From Candidatus Binatia bacterium (GTDB lineage: Bacteria > Desulfobacterota > Binatia > HRBIN30), in contig JBBRSP010000001.1 in assembly GCA_038245295.1 (NCBI GenBank), forward strand, positions 384,001-448,000: DNA of 64,000 nt. Reading direction: 5' to 3'. This document shows positions 29,249 to 39,175 of this stretch, one piece after another (the stretch's first letter is position 1; each line of letters begins with the position of its first letter). The position numbers were made by a program, and so were the translations under genes. The notes beneath the pieces are model-generated. The model searched no databases. It was given only the letters and a program-made list of their open reading frames with translations, and was not told the origin of the DNA.

Positions 29249-30777
29249 TTACCAAAGGCAGTCAGATTACTTCCGATCTGCAGCTCAAGGCCGAGGTGTG
29301 TGTCATCGGCACCGGCGCCGGCGGTGCGGTCATCGCCAAGGAGCTCGCCGAGGCCGGGCGCGATGTGATCGTTCTCGAGCAGGGCGGGTATTACACCAAG
29401 GAAGACTTCACGCAGCGCGAAGACGAGATGATGCCGCTGCTGTACGAGGATGGCGGCCAGCGCGCTACCACCGACGGCTCGCTGCTCATTCTGCAGGGCC
29501 GCAATGTCGGCGGCTCAACGGTGCACAATCTTTGTTACTGCTTTCGTACGCCGAAACCGATCCTCGAGAAGTGGAAGCGCGAGGACGGCTTGCGTGATCT
29601 GTCGTACGACGACCTGGTGCCGTCCTTCGAGCGCGTCGAGAAGATGCTCAAGGTGAAGGACATCAAGCCGCATGAGGTCAACACCCTGAACAACAAGCTG
29701 CGCGAGGGCTGCGAGAAGCTCGGCTACCACGGGTTGATTGCCCAGCATAACCGCGAGAACTGCACCACGAGCGGTTTCTGCCTGCTTGGTTGCCCGTTCG
29801 ATGCCAAGCAGAGCATGCTGATCACGTACATCCCGGCGGCGTCGAAGGCCGGGGCGCGCATCTACGCCAATTGCGCCGTCGACCGCCTGGTGGCGGTTGA
29901 GGATCGTGTACGGCGCGTCGAAGCCAGCGTGCTCGACGACTTCGGTCGCGTGCAGCACAAAGTCAACGTCGAAGCGTCGCTCGTCGTGCTCAGCGCCGGA
30001 GCGATCAATTCACCGCAGATCCTGCTGAAGAGCGGCATCGCCAACAGCAGCGGCCAGGTCGGCAAGAACCTGCACGTGCATCCGAGTGTGGTGCTGGCCG
30101 GCATCTATGACGAAGACATCAACGGCTACACCGGTGTGCCGCAGTCGTACTACATCGACGAATTCATCGATCTCGAGAAGGACCCGAATAGCGGGTACAT
30201 CCTGATGCCCGTGTTTGGATTTCCAGTGACCACGGCGGCGCAGTTGCCAGGGTTTGGCCGCGAGCACACCGAGATCATGCAGAGCTTTCACCGCATGGTC
30301 GGACTGCTGGTGTTGATGCACGACCAGTCGGCCGGCGAAGTGCGCATCAACCGCGCCGGCAAACCGGAGATCTCGTACAGCGTCAGCGCCAAGGAGCAGA
30401 AGCTCTTCGTCGAAGGGATGAAACACTGTGCCGAGATCTTGTTCGCCAGCGGCGCGCGCAAGGTGATGGTTCCCTACGAAGATCCGCTGTGGCTGAAGCC
30501 CGGTGACGCGCTGAGCGCGGTCGACGCGCGCGGTTTGCGCTCCAACGAGATCCAGATCGCCTCGACACACCCGCAGAGCACCTGCCGCATGGGCGAGGAT
30601 CCGAAACGTTCGGTGGTCAATTCCTGGTGCCGCTCGCACGACGTGAAAAACCTGTTCGTCTGCGACATGAGCGTCTTCCCGTCGTCGCTCGGCGCGCCGC
30701 CGCAAATCACCACCGCGTCGCTCGCCGATCGCACGGCTCATTACATTGCCCAGAATTTCGCGACACTGGTCGCCTGA
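29245..30777 (+). CDS. GMC family FAD oxidoreductase
   Basis: VIGTGAGG, GRNVGGST, C...GFC..GC, GKNLHVHP, HPQSTCRMG, CDMSVFP. Confidence 0.93.
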   Translation: MITKGSQITSDLQLKAEVCVIGTGAGGAVIAKELAEAGRDVIVLEQGGYYTKEDFTQREDEMMPLLYEDGGQRATTDGSLLILQGRNVGGSTVHNLCYCFRTPKPILEKWKREDGLRDLSYDDLVPSFERVEKMLKVKDIKPHEVNTLNNKLREGCEKLGYHGLIAQHNRENCTTSGFCLLGCPFDAKQSMLITYIPAASKAGARIYANCAVDRLVAVEDRVRRVEASVLDDFGRVQHKVNVEASLVVLSAGAINSPQILLKSGIANSSGQVGKNLHVHPSVVLAGIYDEDINGYTGVPQSYYIDEFIDLEKDPNSGYILMPVFGFPVTTAAQLPGFGREHTEIMQSFHRMVGLLVLMHDQSAGEVRINRAGKPEISYSVSAKEQKLFVEGMKHCAEILFASGARKVMVPYEDPLWLKPGDALSAVDARGLRSNEIQIASTHPQSTCRMGEDPKRSVVNSWCRSHDVKNLFVCDMSVFPSSLGAPPQITTASLADRTAHYIAQNFATLVA

Positions 30778-30810
30778 CGTCGACGCGCGCGTGACATACT
30801 CGTCAGAGAT

Positions 30811-30973
30811 GAGAAGCAAGCACCCCCTCTCCCACTGCGAGCGGTATCGAAGGGTGTGGGAGAGGGTCGGGGTGAGGGCACCCGACTGAATCCTGTTCGC
30901 TTCCGTGAACGAGCTGCACCCTCACCCTAACCCTCTCCCAGAGCTCGCCCATCCGGTCGAGCTGGGAGAGGGA
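30811..30973. repeat. REPIN/MITE-like element (CCCTCTCCC...GGGAGAGGG family), copy 1
   Basis: Two inverted CCCTCACCC..CCCTCTCCC-loop-GGGAGAGGG units; homologous to 41900-42055 in opposite orientation. Confidence 0.85.
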
Positions 30974-31011
30974 ATGCTTCGTAGCCGCAACAGCCAAGAA
31001 GGGATCAACAT

Positions 31012-31338
31012 ATGGCTCTCCCCGAAAGTCTCTTTCCAACCCAAGTGAAGCAGCTTCTCGATGCCGGAAGGCCGCTGGTGTTGCTCGACGTGCGTGAGAA
31101 CGAAGAGGTGGCGATCGCACGCATCCCCGGCTCCGTGCACATTCCCATGGGCGACATCCCGGGACGCCTGCACGAGCTCGACCCTGACGCCGACATGGTC
31201 GTCTACTGTCACCACGGCATGCGCAGCGCCAACGTGATTGCCTTCCTGCGGCAACACGAGTTCCGCAATCTCGCCAATCTGACCGGCGGGATCGAGGCGT
31301 GGTCGGCGAGCGTCGATCCGGCGCTGCCGCGCTACTGA
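31012..31338 (+). CDS. Single-domain rhodanese-like sulfurtransferase
   Basis: LLDVRE..E, YCHHGMRS active-site loop, NLTGGIEAWS..VDP.LPRY. Confidence 0.92.
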   Translation: MALPESLFPTQVKQLLDAGRPLVLLDVRENEEVAIARIPGSVHIPMGDIPGRLHELDPDADMVVYCHHGMRSANVIAFLRQHEFRNLANLTGGIEAWSASVDPALPRY

Positions 31339-31424
31339 TCCCGTCGGTGCTCGAACGAGATTCGCCGCCCGGCGTGAGCCAACCAAACTCCCGCCCTTGA
31401 AGCAGGTATCGCCACGAAGGTACG

Positions 31425-34400
31425 GTGCAATCGATGATGGATCGCGGGGGTGTCAGTCCTGCCACCGCGGCGCGTTCGTTTTTCGGTCGCGACGCGGAGC
31501 TCGCCGAGTTTGAGCGTGGCATCGAAGATATGCTTGCCGGACACGGTCGGGTTTTTCTCGTGGCGGGTGACGCGGGCATCGGCAAGACACGCCTCGCCGA
31601 TCAGGTCAGCAGCATCGCGAAGACCCACGGCGCGCGAATCTTTTGGGGCCGTTGCTGGGAGAGCGGCGGCGCACCGGTGTACTGGCCCTGGGTTCAGGCA
31701 CTGCGCAGCTACATTACGAGTCGTGATAGCGCCGCCCTGGCGCAGGAGCTTGGGGTAGGCGCCTCGGATATCGCCACGCTGCTGCCTGATCTGCGGGCTC
31801 GTCTGCCCGAGCTGCCGCCGCTCACCGAGTTCGACCCGGAAAGTGCCCGGTTTCGTCTATTCGATGCGCTGACCGTCTGGCTGAAGCAGATCGCCGCCAG
31901 TGGTCCGCTGGTGCTGGTGCTGGACGACTTGCATGCGGCCGACCTACCGTCGCTGCTGTTGCTACGTTTCGCGGCGCGCGAGATCCGCGACGCGGCGTTG
32001 ATGATCATCGGCACCTATCGCGAGCTCGAAGCAGCGCGCAACCCCGCCGTGGCTCAGGTGATGGCCGAGGTCTCACGTGAGGCTGCCCGCGTTTCCCTCG
32101 GCGGTCTCAGCCGTGAGGACGTCGCGAGCTACGTGCGCGCCAGCGTTGCTACGCAGCCCGTCGAATCACTGATCGATTCGCTCTACGACGCCACCGACGG
32201 CAATCCGTTGTTTCTCTCGGAGAGTCTGCGCGTGCTGGCGAGCGACACGCGCCGCGGCGTGCCGACCGCGATTCGTATTCCCGATGAGGTGAGCGTGGCA
32301 TTGCGTCAGCGGATCGAGCCGCTCGACCCGACCCTGCGGTCGCTGCTGTCGTACGCCGCGGTGATCGGCCGCGAGTTTGATCTGCGGGTTCTCGAGCGTG
32401 TCGCCGAGCGTCAGGATCTCGGCAACGACACGATGCGGTGGCTCGACGTGGCGCAAAGCGCCGGAATGATTGAACCGCTCGGCGACCAGATCGGCCGGTA
32501 CCGCTTCCTGCATGCGCTGATTCGCGACACCCTGTACGAGGCGCTGCCGGTGGCGGCGCGGGCTGCCGCGCATCGGCTCGTCGGGGAGGCGCTCGAAGAC
32601 CGCTACCAGGGCAATGCCGCACCTCATCTTGCCGAGCTGGCGCATCATTTCTTCCGCGCCGCGGCGGACGGCGACGTCATGAAGGCCATCGAGTACGCCA
32701 AACGTGCGGGCGATCGCGCCACGGCTCTGCTGGCGTACGAGGAGGCGGTCGAGCACTACGACCGCGCCCTGCATGTCATTGATCGCCTTGCCGATGAACG
32801 CTCCCTGACGGCGCACGAGCGTTGCGACTTGCTGCTGGCGCTCGGCGAAGCGCAGTGGGGTGCGGGCGACTTGGAAGGCGCGCGCGCGACATTCTTTCGC
32901 GCCGTCGAGGGCGCCCGAGGTCTGCAAGGCGAGGAGGGCGCCTACCTCTTCGCCCTGTCGGCGATTGGCTTTGGTGGCCGCCAGCAGCGTGCCCATCTCG
33001 TCTTCGACCCGGAGGTCGTGGCGCTGCTCGAGGAAGCCCTGGCCAAGCTCAACAACAAAGCGAGCGGACTACGGGCGCGACTGATGGCGCGGTTGGCTTA
33101 TGCGCTCTACTCCCAGGCGGGCTCGCATGACCGCCGTCAGCTCTTGTGCCGCGACGCCGTCGCCATGGCGCGGAAAGTCGGTGACGTCACGACTCTGCGC
33201 TGGGTGCTCAACGATTGGCGCTGGGCGCTCTGGGAGCCCGACAGCATCAGCGAACGCCTCAACATTGCCGACGAACTGGTGTTACTCGCCGAGCAATCGC
33301 AGGATCGCGAGATGGCGTTGAGCGAGCACGCCTGGCGCTTCGTCGACTATCTCGAGCTTGCCAACATCGCCGCCGTTGATGCCGAGATCTCGACGTTCGT
33401 GCGCGGTGCACATGAGCTGCGCCGGCCGTGGTTCTTGTGGTACGTCGGACGGTTTGGTGCCTGCCAGGCCATGCTCGAGGGTCGGTTCGATGATGCCGAG
33501 CGACTGGTCGGTGAGGGCTTGGCCGCCGCCCAACGCGTCAGCCACAACGATGCGATGCTCATCTATGGCACGCTGATCCTGGCGCTGCGGATGGAGCAGG
33601 GGCGTACCGCCGAGCTCGAAGCCGGCGTGCAGTCGTTCGTAACGCAATATCCGAGTGTCCCGATCTGGCGCTACTTTCTCGGCTTCCTACACTCGCAGTT
33701 GGGTCGTAAAGCCGAAACGCAGCTCGAGTTCGAACGTGTGGCGCATTCGAACTTTGCTGATCTGCCGCGTGACTACTCGCGCCTGCAAGTCGCCGTCTAC
33801 TTGACCGAATCATGCACCTTCCTCGGTGATCCGGTCCGCGCTTCCGCCCTCTACGACTTGCTGCTCCCGTATGTGTCGCGCGCCGTTGTCGTAGGCTACG
33901 GCATCCTCTGCTTCGGTGCGGTCGCGCGTTACCTCGGCATGCTGGCGAGTGTGATGGGATGCTGGGACGATGCCGAGCGCCACTTCGAAACGGCGATGCA
34001 GGTGAACGGGCGATTACGGGCTCGCCCGGCGCTGGCGCGCACCAAGTTCGAGCACGCGCGCATGCTGCAACGCCGCCTCACCACGACGCCGGCGGATGGC
34101 AACGATCTACAACGAGCCATGCTTCTGGCCGAGGGGGCCGTTATCGGCGCGCGCGACCTAGGGATGCACGGACTAGAGGTCCAGGCACACGAGCTCCTCG
34201 ATACCTTGCGTGGCGTGAAGAAGCCGAGCCTGACACCGCCGCCGGCCGAGCGCGGCTCGGCAAGTGCGGTGCGTGTTGCGGCGTTCCGGTGCCAGGGCGA
34301 TTACTGGGCGATTACGTTCGATGGCCAATCGGCGCAGCTCAAGGATCTGCTCGGCTTTGCCTACATCGCCTATCTACTGCGACACCCGGGTGTCGAGTTC

Positions 34401-34841
34401 CACGTCTTCGATCTCGTGCATTCGGACGACGCGGCGGGCATTGGCGGCGACGCAATCGGCTCTCTCGGCGGCGACGCCGGCGAGCTGTTGGATGGGCGCG
34501 CCAAGAGTGCATACAAACAGCGCCTGCGCGATTTGCGCGAAAACCTCGAAGAAGCGGAATCGCTCAACGACCTCGGGCGAGCGGCACACGCACGCGCCGA
34601 GATCGACGTGCTGAGCCAGGAGCTGGCACGCAGCATCGGTCTCGGCGGGCGCGACCGCCGTGCCGCTTCGTTGGCGGAACGAGCCCGTGTCAACGTAACC
34701 AAAAGAATCTCGATTGCTATGAAGCGGATCTCGGAGCATGTGCCGAGTATGGGCCGCTACCTCGATCGTGCCATCAAGACTGGTACGTTTTGTTCCTATG
34801 CTCCGGATCCCGATGTGACCGTGGCGTGGGAGCTCGATTGA
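31425..34841 (+). CDS. STAND-class AAA ATPase signal transducer with helical/TPR region and putative C-terminal DNA-binding domain
   Basis: FFGRDAEL, GDAGIGKT (Walker A), LVLDDLH (Walker B), GNPLF; C-terminal ERARVNVTKRI...IKTGTFCSYAP domain. Confidence 0.85.
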   Translation: MQSMMDRGGVSPATAARSFFGRDAELAEFERGIEDMLAGHGRVFLVAGDAGIGKTRLADQVSSIAKTHGARIFWGRCWESGGAPVYWPWVQALRSYITSRDSAALAQELGVGASDIATLLPDLRARLPELPPLTEFDPESARFRLFDALTVWLKQIAASGPLVLVLDDLHAADLPSLLLLRFAAREIRDAALMIIGTYRELEAARNPAVAQVMAEVSREAARVSLGGLSREDVASYVRASVATQPVESLIDSLYDATDGNPLFLSESLRVLASDTRRGVPTAIRIPDEVSVALRQRIEPLDPTLRSLLSYAAVIGREFDLRVLERVAERQDLGNDTMRWLDVAQSAGMIEPLGDQIGRYRFLHALIRDTLYEALPVAARAAAHRLVGEALEDRYQGNAAPHLAELAHHFFRAAADGDVMKAIEYAKRAGDRATALLAYEEAVEHYDRALHVIDRLADERSLTAHERCDLLLALGEAQWGAGDLEGARATFFRAVEGARGLQGEEGAYLFALSAIGFGGRQQRAHLVFDPEVVALLEEALAKLNNKASGLRARLMARLAYALYSQAGSHDRRQLLCRDAVAMARKVGDVTTLRWVLNDWRWALWEPDSISERLNIADELVLLAEQSQDREMALSEHAWRFVDYLELANIAAVDAEISTFVRGAHELRRPWFLWYVGRFGACQAMLEGRFDDAERLVGEGLAAAQRVSHNDAMLIYGTLILALRMEQGRTAELEAGVQSFVTQYPSVPIWRYFLGFLHSQLGRKAETQLEFERVAHSNFADLPRDYSRLQVAVYLTESCTFLGDPVRASALYDLLLPYVSRAVVVGYGILCFGAVARYLGMLASVMGCWDDAERHFETAMQVNGRLRARPALARTKFEHARMLQRRLTTTPADGNDLQRAMLLAEGAVIGARDLGMHGLEVQAHELLDTLRGVKKPSLTPPPAERGSASAVRVAAFRCQGDYWAITFDGQSAQLKDLLGFAYIAYLLRHPGVEFHVFDLVHSDDAAGIGGDAIGSLGGDAGELLDGRAKSAYKQRLRDLRENLEEAESLNDLGRAAHARAEIDVLSQELARSIGLGGRDRRAASLAERARVNVTKRISIAMKRISEHVPSMGRYLDRAIKTGTFCSYAPDPDVTVAWELD

Positions 34842-36163
34842 ACAACCTGCGCAGTTCGGCGATCGAGCCCATCGCCGAGGCAACCTATGAGCAACAGCGA
34901 GACGAGCTAGTCCGCGCGCACGCCTTCTGGGTTTGTGTGGTGGTGCTGTGTCTTGATGTAATTTTCCTCATCGCGCTGCTGCTGGTTGCGCCGGCGGTTC
35001 TGGAAAAGCAGTGGTGGTTCAACGCGGCTGGCGTGCTGTCTCCGGCGTTGGCGTTGGTGCTGCTGTCGCTGCCATTCCGCATCTCGACGTCGCAAGCGAT
35101 TTTCGTCAGTGACATGGTGTTCACCTTGAGTGTTGTGGGGCGGGCGTTTGTTCCGGAAGCACGCACCGGCGGGGTGTGTGCTTTCACTCTCATCAAACTC
35201 GCCGCTACGTCCATTCTCATTCCGTGGTCACCCGCCATGCAGATCATTTCCACATTGATGACCGTGGGCTTGTACTGGCTTTGCATGTGGGGGACCGGCC
35301 GTCTGGAGGCGGCCGGTCCTGACCTGGCGTATGTGGCGACGGCGCCGTTGTTTGGCGGCCTGCTGTCCATCCTCGGCGCGCAAAGCGCCGACGTGTTGCG
35401 GCGCGCCGTGTTCCGACAGCAACGCGCCGCCGAATCGCAGGCGAAGATGAGCTCGCACTTTGCCGCGACGATGAGCCACGAGCTACGCAATATGCTCGGC
35501 GCCGTTCTCGGCTACGGCGAGATCCTCGCCGACGTAACGCGCGACTCGAAAGTAGAAGTCGAGGTCGAGGCGCCGCGCCGGCTGCAAGCGTTAGCACATC
35601 AGGGCATCGACATCATCAACGTGACTCTCGAGATCAGCCGCGCCGACTCCGGCGCGCTGACGATCGAGCGTCAGCCGATCCGCCTTGCCGCGCTGTTTGC
35701 GGAGGTGGAGGGCGACTTTGCCATGCGCGGCGGGCGTTCCGTGGTGGAATTGCAGTGGCATGCCGATCCCGAACTCGAGATCGTCAGTGATCCGGTCAAG
35801 CTGAAGATGATCCTGCGCAACCTCGTCGGCAACGCGATCAAGTTTACCGAGCATGGGGAAATCGTCGTGGCGGCGACACGCCACGACGATGGCGTCGAGA
35901 TTGCGGTTGCCGACAGCGGCGAAGGTATCTCGGCGGTGGATTGTCGGCTCATCTTCGATGCGTTCCAGCAAGGGGGTCCTTCGCAGCGACGCCGCGACGG
36001 CGCCGGCCTCGGACTGTACGTCGTCCATCGTCTAGTCACCGCCCTCGGCGGACGCATCACGGTCGAGAGCACCCTGGGGCATGGCTCGACGTTCCGCATC
36101 GTACTGCCATCGGCGACCGGCGCCGCTGTTGGTGACCAGCAGCGGGCGATGCCCGCCCTGTGA
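34838..36163 (+). CDS. Membrane sensor histidine kinase
   Basis: Multiple TM helices, MSHELRN H-box, NLVGNAIKFT, DSGEGI, GAGLGL; TTG start inferred from overlap with the upstream TGA. Confidence 0.9.
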   Translation: MNNLRSSAIEPIAEATYEQQRDELVRAHAFWVCVVVLCLDVIFLIALLLVAPAVLEKQWWFNAAGVLSPALALVLLSLPFRISTSQAIFVSDMVFTLSVVGRAFVPEARTGGVCAFTLIKLAATSILIPWSPAMQIISTLMTVGLYWLCMWGTGRLEAAGPDLAYVATAPLFGGLLSILGAQSADVLRRAVFRQQRAAESQAKMSSHFAATMSHELRNMLGAVLGYGEILADVTRDSKVEVEVEAPRRLQALAHQGIDIINVTLEISRADSGALTIERQPIRLAALFAEVEGDFAMRGGRSVVELQWHADPELEIVSDPVKLKMILRNLVGNAIKFTEHGEIVVAATRHDDGVEIAVADSGEGISAVDCRLIFDAFQQGGPSQRRRDGAGLGLYVVHRLVTALGGRITVESTLGHGSTFRIVLPSATGAAVGDQQRAMPAL

Positions 36164-36291
36164 GTGAACTCTCGCCTTTCCTGCCGCCACCTGCCCCCGC
36201 CGGTTCGGTACGCGTGCTTCTGCTTGACCGGTTCGGTTCGGACGGGTTACCCGCGCAGCAGTGGGTCGATTCTGACAATCTGGGCTGACAT

Positions 36292-36326
36292 GGAAACGGC
36301 CGCGGGAATGTCCCGCAGCCGTTTCC
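36292..36326. terminator. Hairpin between convergent genes
   Basis: GGAAACGGC-C-GCGGGA ATG TCCCGC-A-GCCGTTTCC. Confidence 0.55.
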
Positions 36327-36359
36327 GAGGGGTCGCCCTCGAACGAGGGCGACGTCCGC

Positions 36360-37991
36360 TTATGTATGCGTCGGCAGACGTCGCAAGCCGAGCAGACCGA
36401 CGAGGGTGAGCGAGGCGGCCAGCGCGAGTATCATCCCCGGCGACAGGGCCGGTGCCGGCGCGGATCGGCTGACGAGAATGACCGCTCCCACCTGTCCTGG
36501 CGGCGTTCCCAAGCAACTATCGATGACGTAGATCGGCTCGCCGCCCACGAGCGGACGTGTCAGCGTAATCGAGAAGAAGCCGGCGGCGCTGGTGCCACCC
36601 TGGCCGAGGACGTTGTCGTCGCCGTTTTGGCAGATGCGGTCGGTCCCGCAGTCCATGATCCGGATGCAGGTACTGGCCTCGTTCGGCGCGCCGCGCCCGG
36701 TGACGACGGTTGAACCTGCCGTTGCGCCGCCCGTGATACTCGGTCCCACAGGGGTCGGGCTTGGTGTCGCCGTCGCGGAGCTCGTTGGTGTTGCCGTCGT
36801 CGTAGTTGTCGGCGTGATGGTTGGCGTGTCGGTCGGTGTACCGGTCGGCGTCTTCGTTGCGGTTACCGTCGCCGTGGTTGTCGGCGTTTGCGTCGGCGTG
36901 CTGGTCGAAGTCACGCTTGGCGTCGTCGTCGGCGTTTGCGTCGCGGTCTCCGTCGGCGTGCTCGTCGGTGTTTCCGTCGGCGTGGTCGTCGGGGTCTCCG
37001 TGGGCGTCGTTGTCGGGGTTTCCGTCGGCGTGTCGGTTGGCGTCGTTGTCGGCGTATCCGTCGGCGCCGTGGCTTCGAAGCCCGTGGCGAAGGAATTGGC
37101 GGTTGTTGCGGCGCCGGTGTTGTTGACGATCATCGAGACGTCGTCGACGTAGAATCCTTGATGGGTTGGGTAGTCGTTGAAGCTATTCGACCACTTGATG
37201 CTGGTGCCCGGCGAGTACGGGCTGGCGTTGCAGTGGTTGAGCTGGTGCACCCAAACCGCGTCGGTGTCGGTCACTGTCACCTGGCCGCCCGTGCCTTCAT
37301 CGATGACATAGGTGGTTGATCCGTAGGTGGAGAGGTCCGACGGTGTGACGTTCGGGTAGGTCGTCGTCATTTTCACCGTGTGCCAGGTGCCCGCCGCCAC
37401 CGTGGTGAGGACAATCTCGGGAAAGTCCTGGTTCATGCAATCATCGGTGGAAGACAGGTGAAAGCGAGACAGTGTGACGTCCACGAGCGAGGTTGCCGTA
37501 ATGTACAGGTTGCCGCCGGTACGCGACGGGTCGGCGAGGTCGCGGTTGCCTTCGTAGACGTTGAACCGCGAACCATCCCCCGGGGCAACTGCCCTGAACG
37601 CAAACGAGATGATCGACTGATCGCCGGCGGGTGTCACCGGGCTGTTGCCGCCGGCACCGAATGCCGTGGCCGCATTGGGAGCGCCGACGGTCGCGACGTA
37701 GGGCGTGAACGGCGGACCTGAACCAGGGCTGCCGTAGCTTCCGCTGTAGCGCCACGACTGTGTTCCGTTGAAAGCGTCGGTGTTCGCAACCACGTCGGAG
37801 TTGGCGTTGTTGTTGGTGAAACCCTGGGCGACAATCCCGGCGTCCCAGCCGTTCTGAAGGCTCAGGTCGCCAAGACTGTACGGGGTGAACGCCGATGCCG
37901 GCCGGATGAAGGACCCGGTGGAAAGGATTAGCGCAACAGCAAGGACAAGCCGGCTCAGTGCGGGCTCGCGTCGATTGTGAACAGGGTGCAT
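36360..37991 (-). CDS. Secreted surface protein: beta-rich N-domain, Thr/Pro stalk, Ig-like domain, IPTL-CTERM-like sorting signal
   Basis: SD GGAGGT; signal peptide; TPTETPTT repeats; C-terminal [28 protein letters not shown]. Confidence 0.8.
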   Translation of the reverse strand: MHPVHNRREPALSRLVLAVALILSTGSFIRPASAFTPYSLGDLSLQNGWDAGIVAQGFTNNNANSDVVANTDAFNGTQSWRYSGSYGSPGSGPPFTPYVATVGAPNAATAFGAGGNSPVTPAGDQSIISFAFRAVAPGDGSRFNVYEGNRDLADPSRTGGNLYITATSLVDVTLSRFHLSSTDDCMNQDFPEIVLTTVAAGTWHTVKMTTTYPNVTPSDLSTYGSTTYVIDEGTGGQVTVTDTDAVWVHQLNHCNASPYSPGTSIKWSNSFNDYPTHQGFYVDDVSMIVNNTGAATTANSFATGFEATAPTDTPTTTPTDTPTETPTTTPTETPTTTPTETPTSTPTETATQTPTTTPSVTSTSTPTQTPTTTATVTATKTPTGTPTDTPTITPTTTTTATPTSSATATPSPTPVGPSITGGATAGSTVVTGRGAPNEASTCIRIMDCGTDRICQNGDDNVLGQGGTSAAGFFSITLTRPLVGGEPIYVIDSCLGTPPGQVGAVILVSRSAPAPALSPGMILALAASLTLVGLLGLRRLPTHT

Positions 37992-38156
37992 TGGACCTCC
38001 CTCAAGAACCTACTCGGCGGCAACGCGTGGAAGTGTGTCGGCGACGGCCTCGACCCACGATTCCGCTGCGATCACCGCAGCTCGAGCCTTATAGGGGGAG
38101 GGACGACGACTCTGTAAGCCGGGGTTACTACGCGCGTAGGACTACGGGGCGAGGTT

Positions 38157-38564
38157 TCAGGGATTGAGGTAGTAGAAGGAGGGATCGATCTCGAGGTCGA
38201 TCGAGGCGATGCTGGCCACGGGGCTGATGCCGATCTGATAGTATTTCATCTCGACGTGACTGCCGTCCTTCGAGGTGACCTTGAGTCGCAAGGATGGCTT
38301 GCCGTAGCTGCCGCCCCAGAGACCGTCGACGGCGACGTTCACGTCCTGGCAAGCCTTGATCGCTGGGCTCAGCTCGAGAGGTTTGCTTGGCGAGGTGAGA
38401 CCTTTGAATCGAGTATATTGCGCGTCGGTGCATCGCGCGATGACGTATTGTGTGTAGTAGCGGAGGTTGAACGGCGAGCGTGCTAAGTGATGGATCCACG
38501 CCAGGTACCCGCCGTAGACCAGGACAGCGACGACCAATCCTTGCAACCTAAATCTTCGTTTCAC
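38157..38564 (-). CDS. Hypothetical membrane-anchored protein
   Basis: GTG start after GGAGAGGGAG; KRRFR followed by a hydrophobic helix; two Cys; no recognised family. Confidence 0.6.
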   Translation of the reverse strand: MKRRFRLQGLVVAVLVYGGYLAWIHHLARSPFNLRYYTQYVIARCTDAQYTRFKGLTSPSKPLELSPAIKACQDVNVAVDGLWGGSYGKPSLRLKVTSKDGSHVEMKYYQIGISPVASIASIDLEIDPSFYYLNP

Positions 38565-38631
38565 TGCGCTCCCTCTCCAGGATGGCGGTACCTCGACCGG
38601 CCGCCGATGCTTCTCTAGCATCGTCCGCACT

Positions 38632-38982
38632 ATGGAAACCGTGACCATCTATCACAACCCCCGCTGTTCTAAGAGCCGCGGTGCCTTGGAGATCTTGCAA
38701 CAACGCAACTTCGATGTGCAAGTCATCGAGTATCTGCAAGCGCCACCAAGTCGCCTGGAGCTCGAGCGCCTACGGCAGCTCCTCGGTGTGCCGGCCGGTG
38801 AGTGGGTGCGCCGGCAAGAGGACGCGTACAAGCAAGCCGGCTTGAGTGCCGCGAGCAGCGACGCGGAGATCCTCGACGCCATGGCAAGGTATCCGTCGAT
38901 CATCGAGCGCCCGATCGTCATTCGCGGCCAACGCGCCGTGCTGGCGCGGCCGTCGGAGCGTGTGCTGGAGATTCTCGACTGA
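38632..38982 (+). CDS. arsC: Arsenate reductase (glutaredoxin-type ArsC family)
   Basis: YHNPRCSKSR, IERPIV, ARP catalytic motifs. Confidence 0.9.
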   Translation: METVTIYHNPRCSKSRGALEILQQRNFDVQVIEYLQAPPSRLELERLRQLLGVPAGEWVRRQEDAYKQAGLSAASSDAEILDAMARYPSIIERPIVIRGQRAVLARPSERVLEILD

Positions 38983-38987
38983 CAGGA

Positions 38988-39106
38988 ATTTCAACAGGAT
39001 GGACAGGATAGACAGGATGCCCAGGATGGGCGCCTTCAACGTTCTGAATTGTTCGAAGATGTTTGACAGCGCTGGGGATCCTGTAAATCCTGTCCAGCCT
39101 GTTGAA
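38988..39106. repeat. Nonamer-based palindromic element (ACAGGATGG family)
   Basis: TTCAACAGGATGGACAGGATAGACAGGAT ... ATCCTGTAAATCCTGTCCAGCCTGTTGAA. Confidence 0.8.
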
Positions 39107-39129
39107 ACCCGTGCGGCGTAACTTCGACT

Positions 39130-39159
39130 TGCCCGTGCCCTTGCCCTTGCCCGTGCCCG
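39130..39159. repeat. Hexamer tandem repeat TGCCC(G/T) x5
   Basis: TGCCCG TGCCCT TGCCCT TGCCCG TGCCCG. Confidence 0.8.
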
Positions 39160-39175
39160 GGTTCATACGACGCTA

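Noticed and set aside
33959..34837. Long N-terminal extensions in the ORF track (also those starting at 9090, 46090, 48261, 52613, 58187)
   Set aside because: They overlap well-supported upstream genes and have Arg/Ala-rich off-frame composition; downstream starts with SD or stop-start coupling fit better
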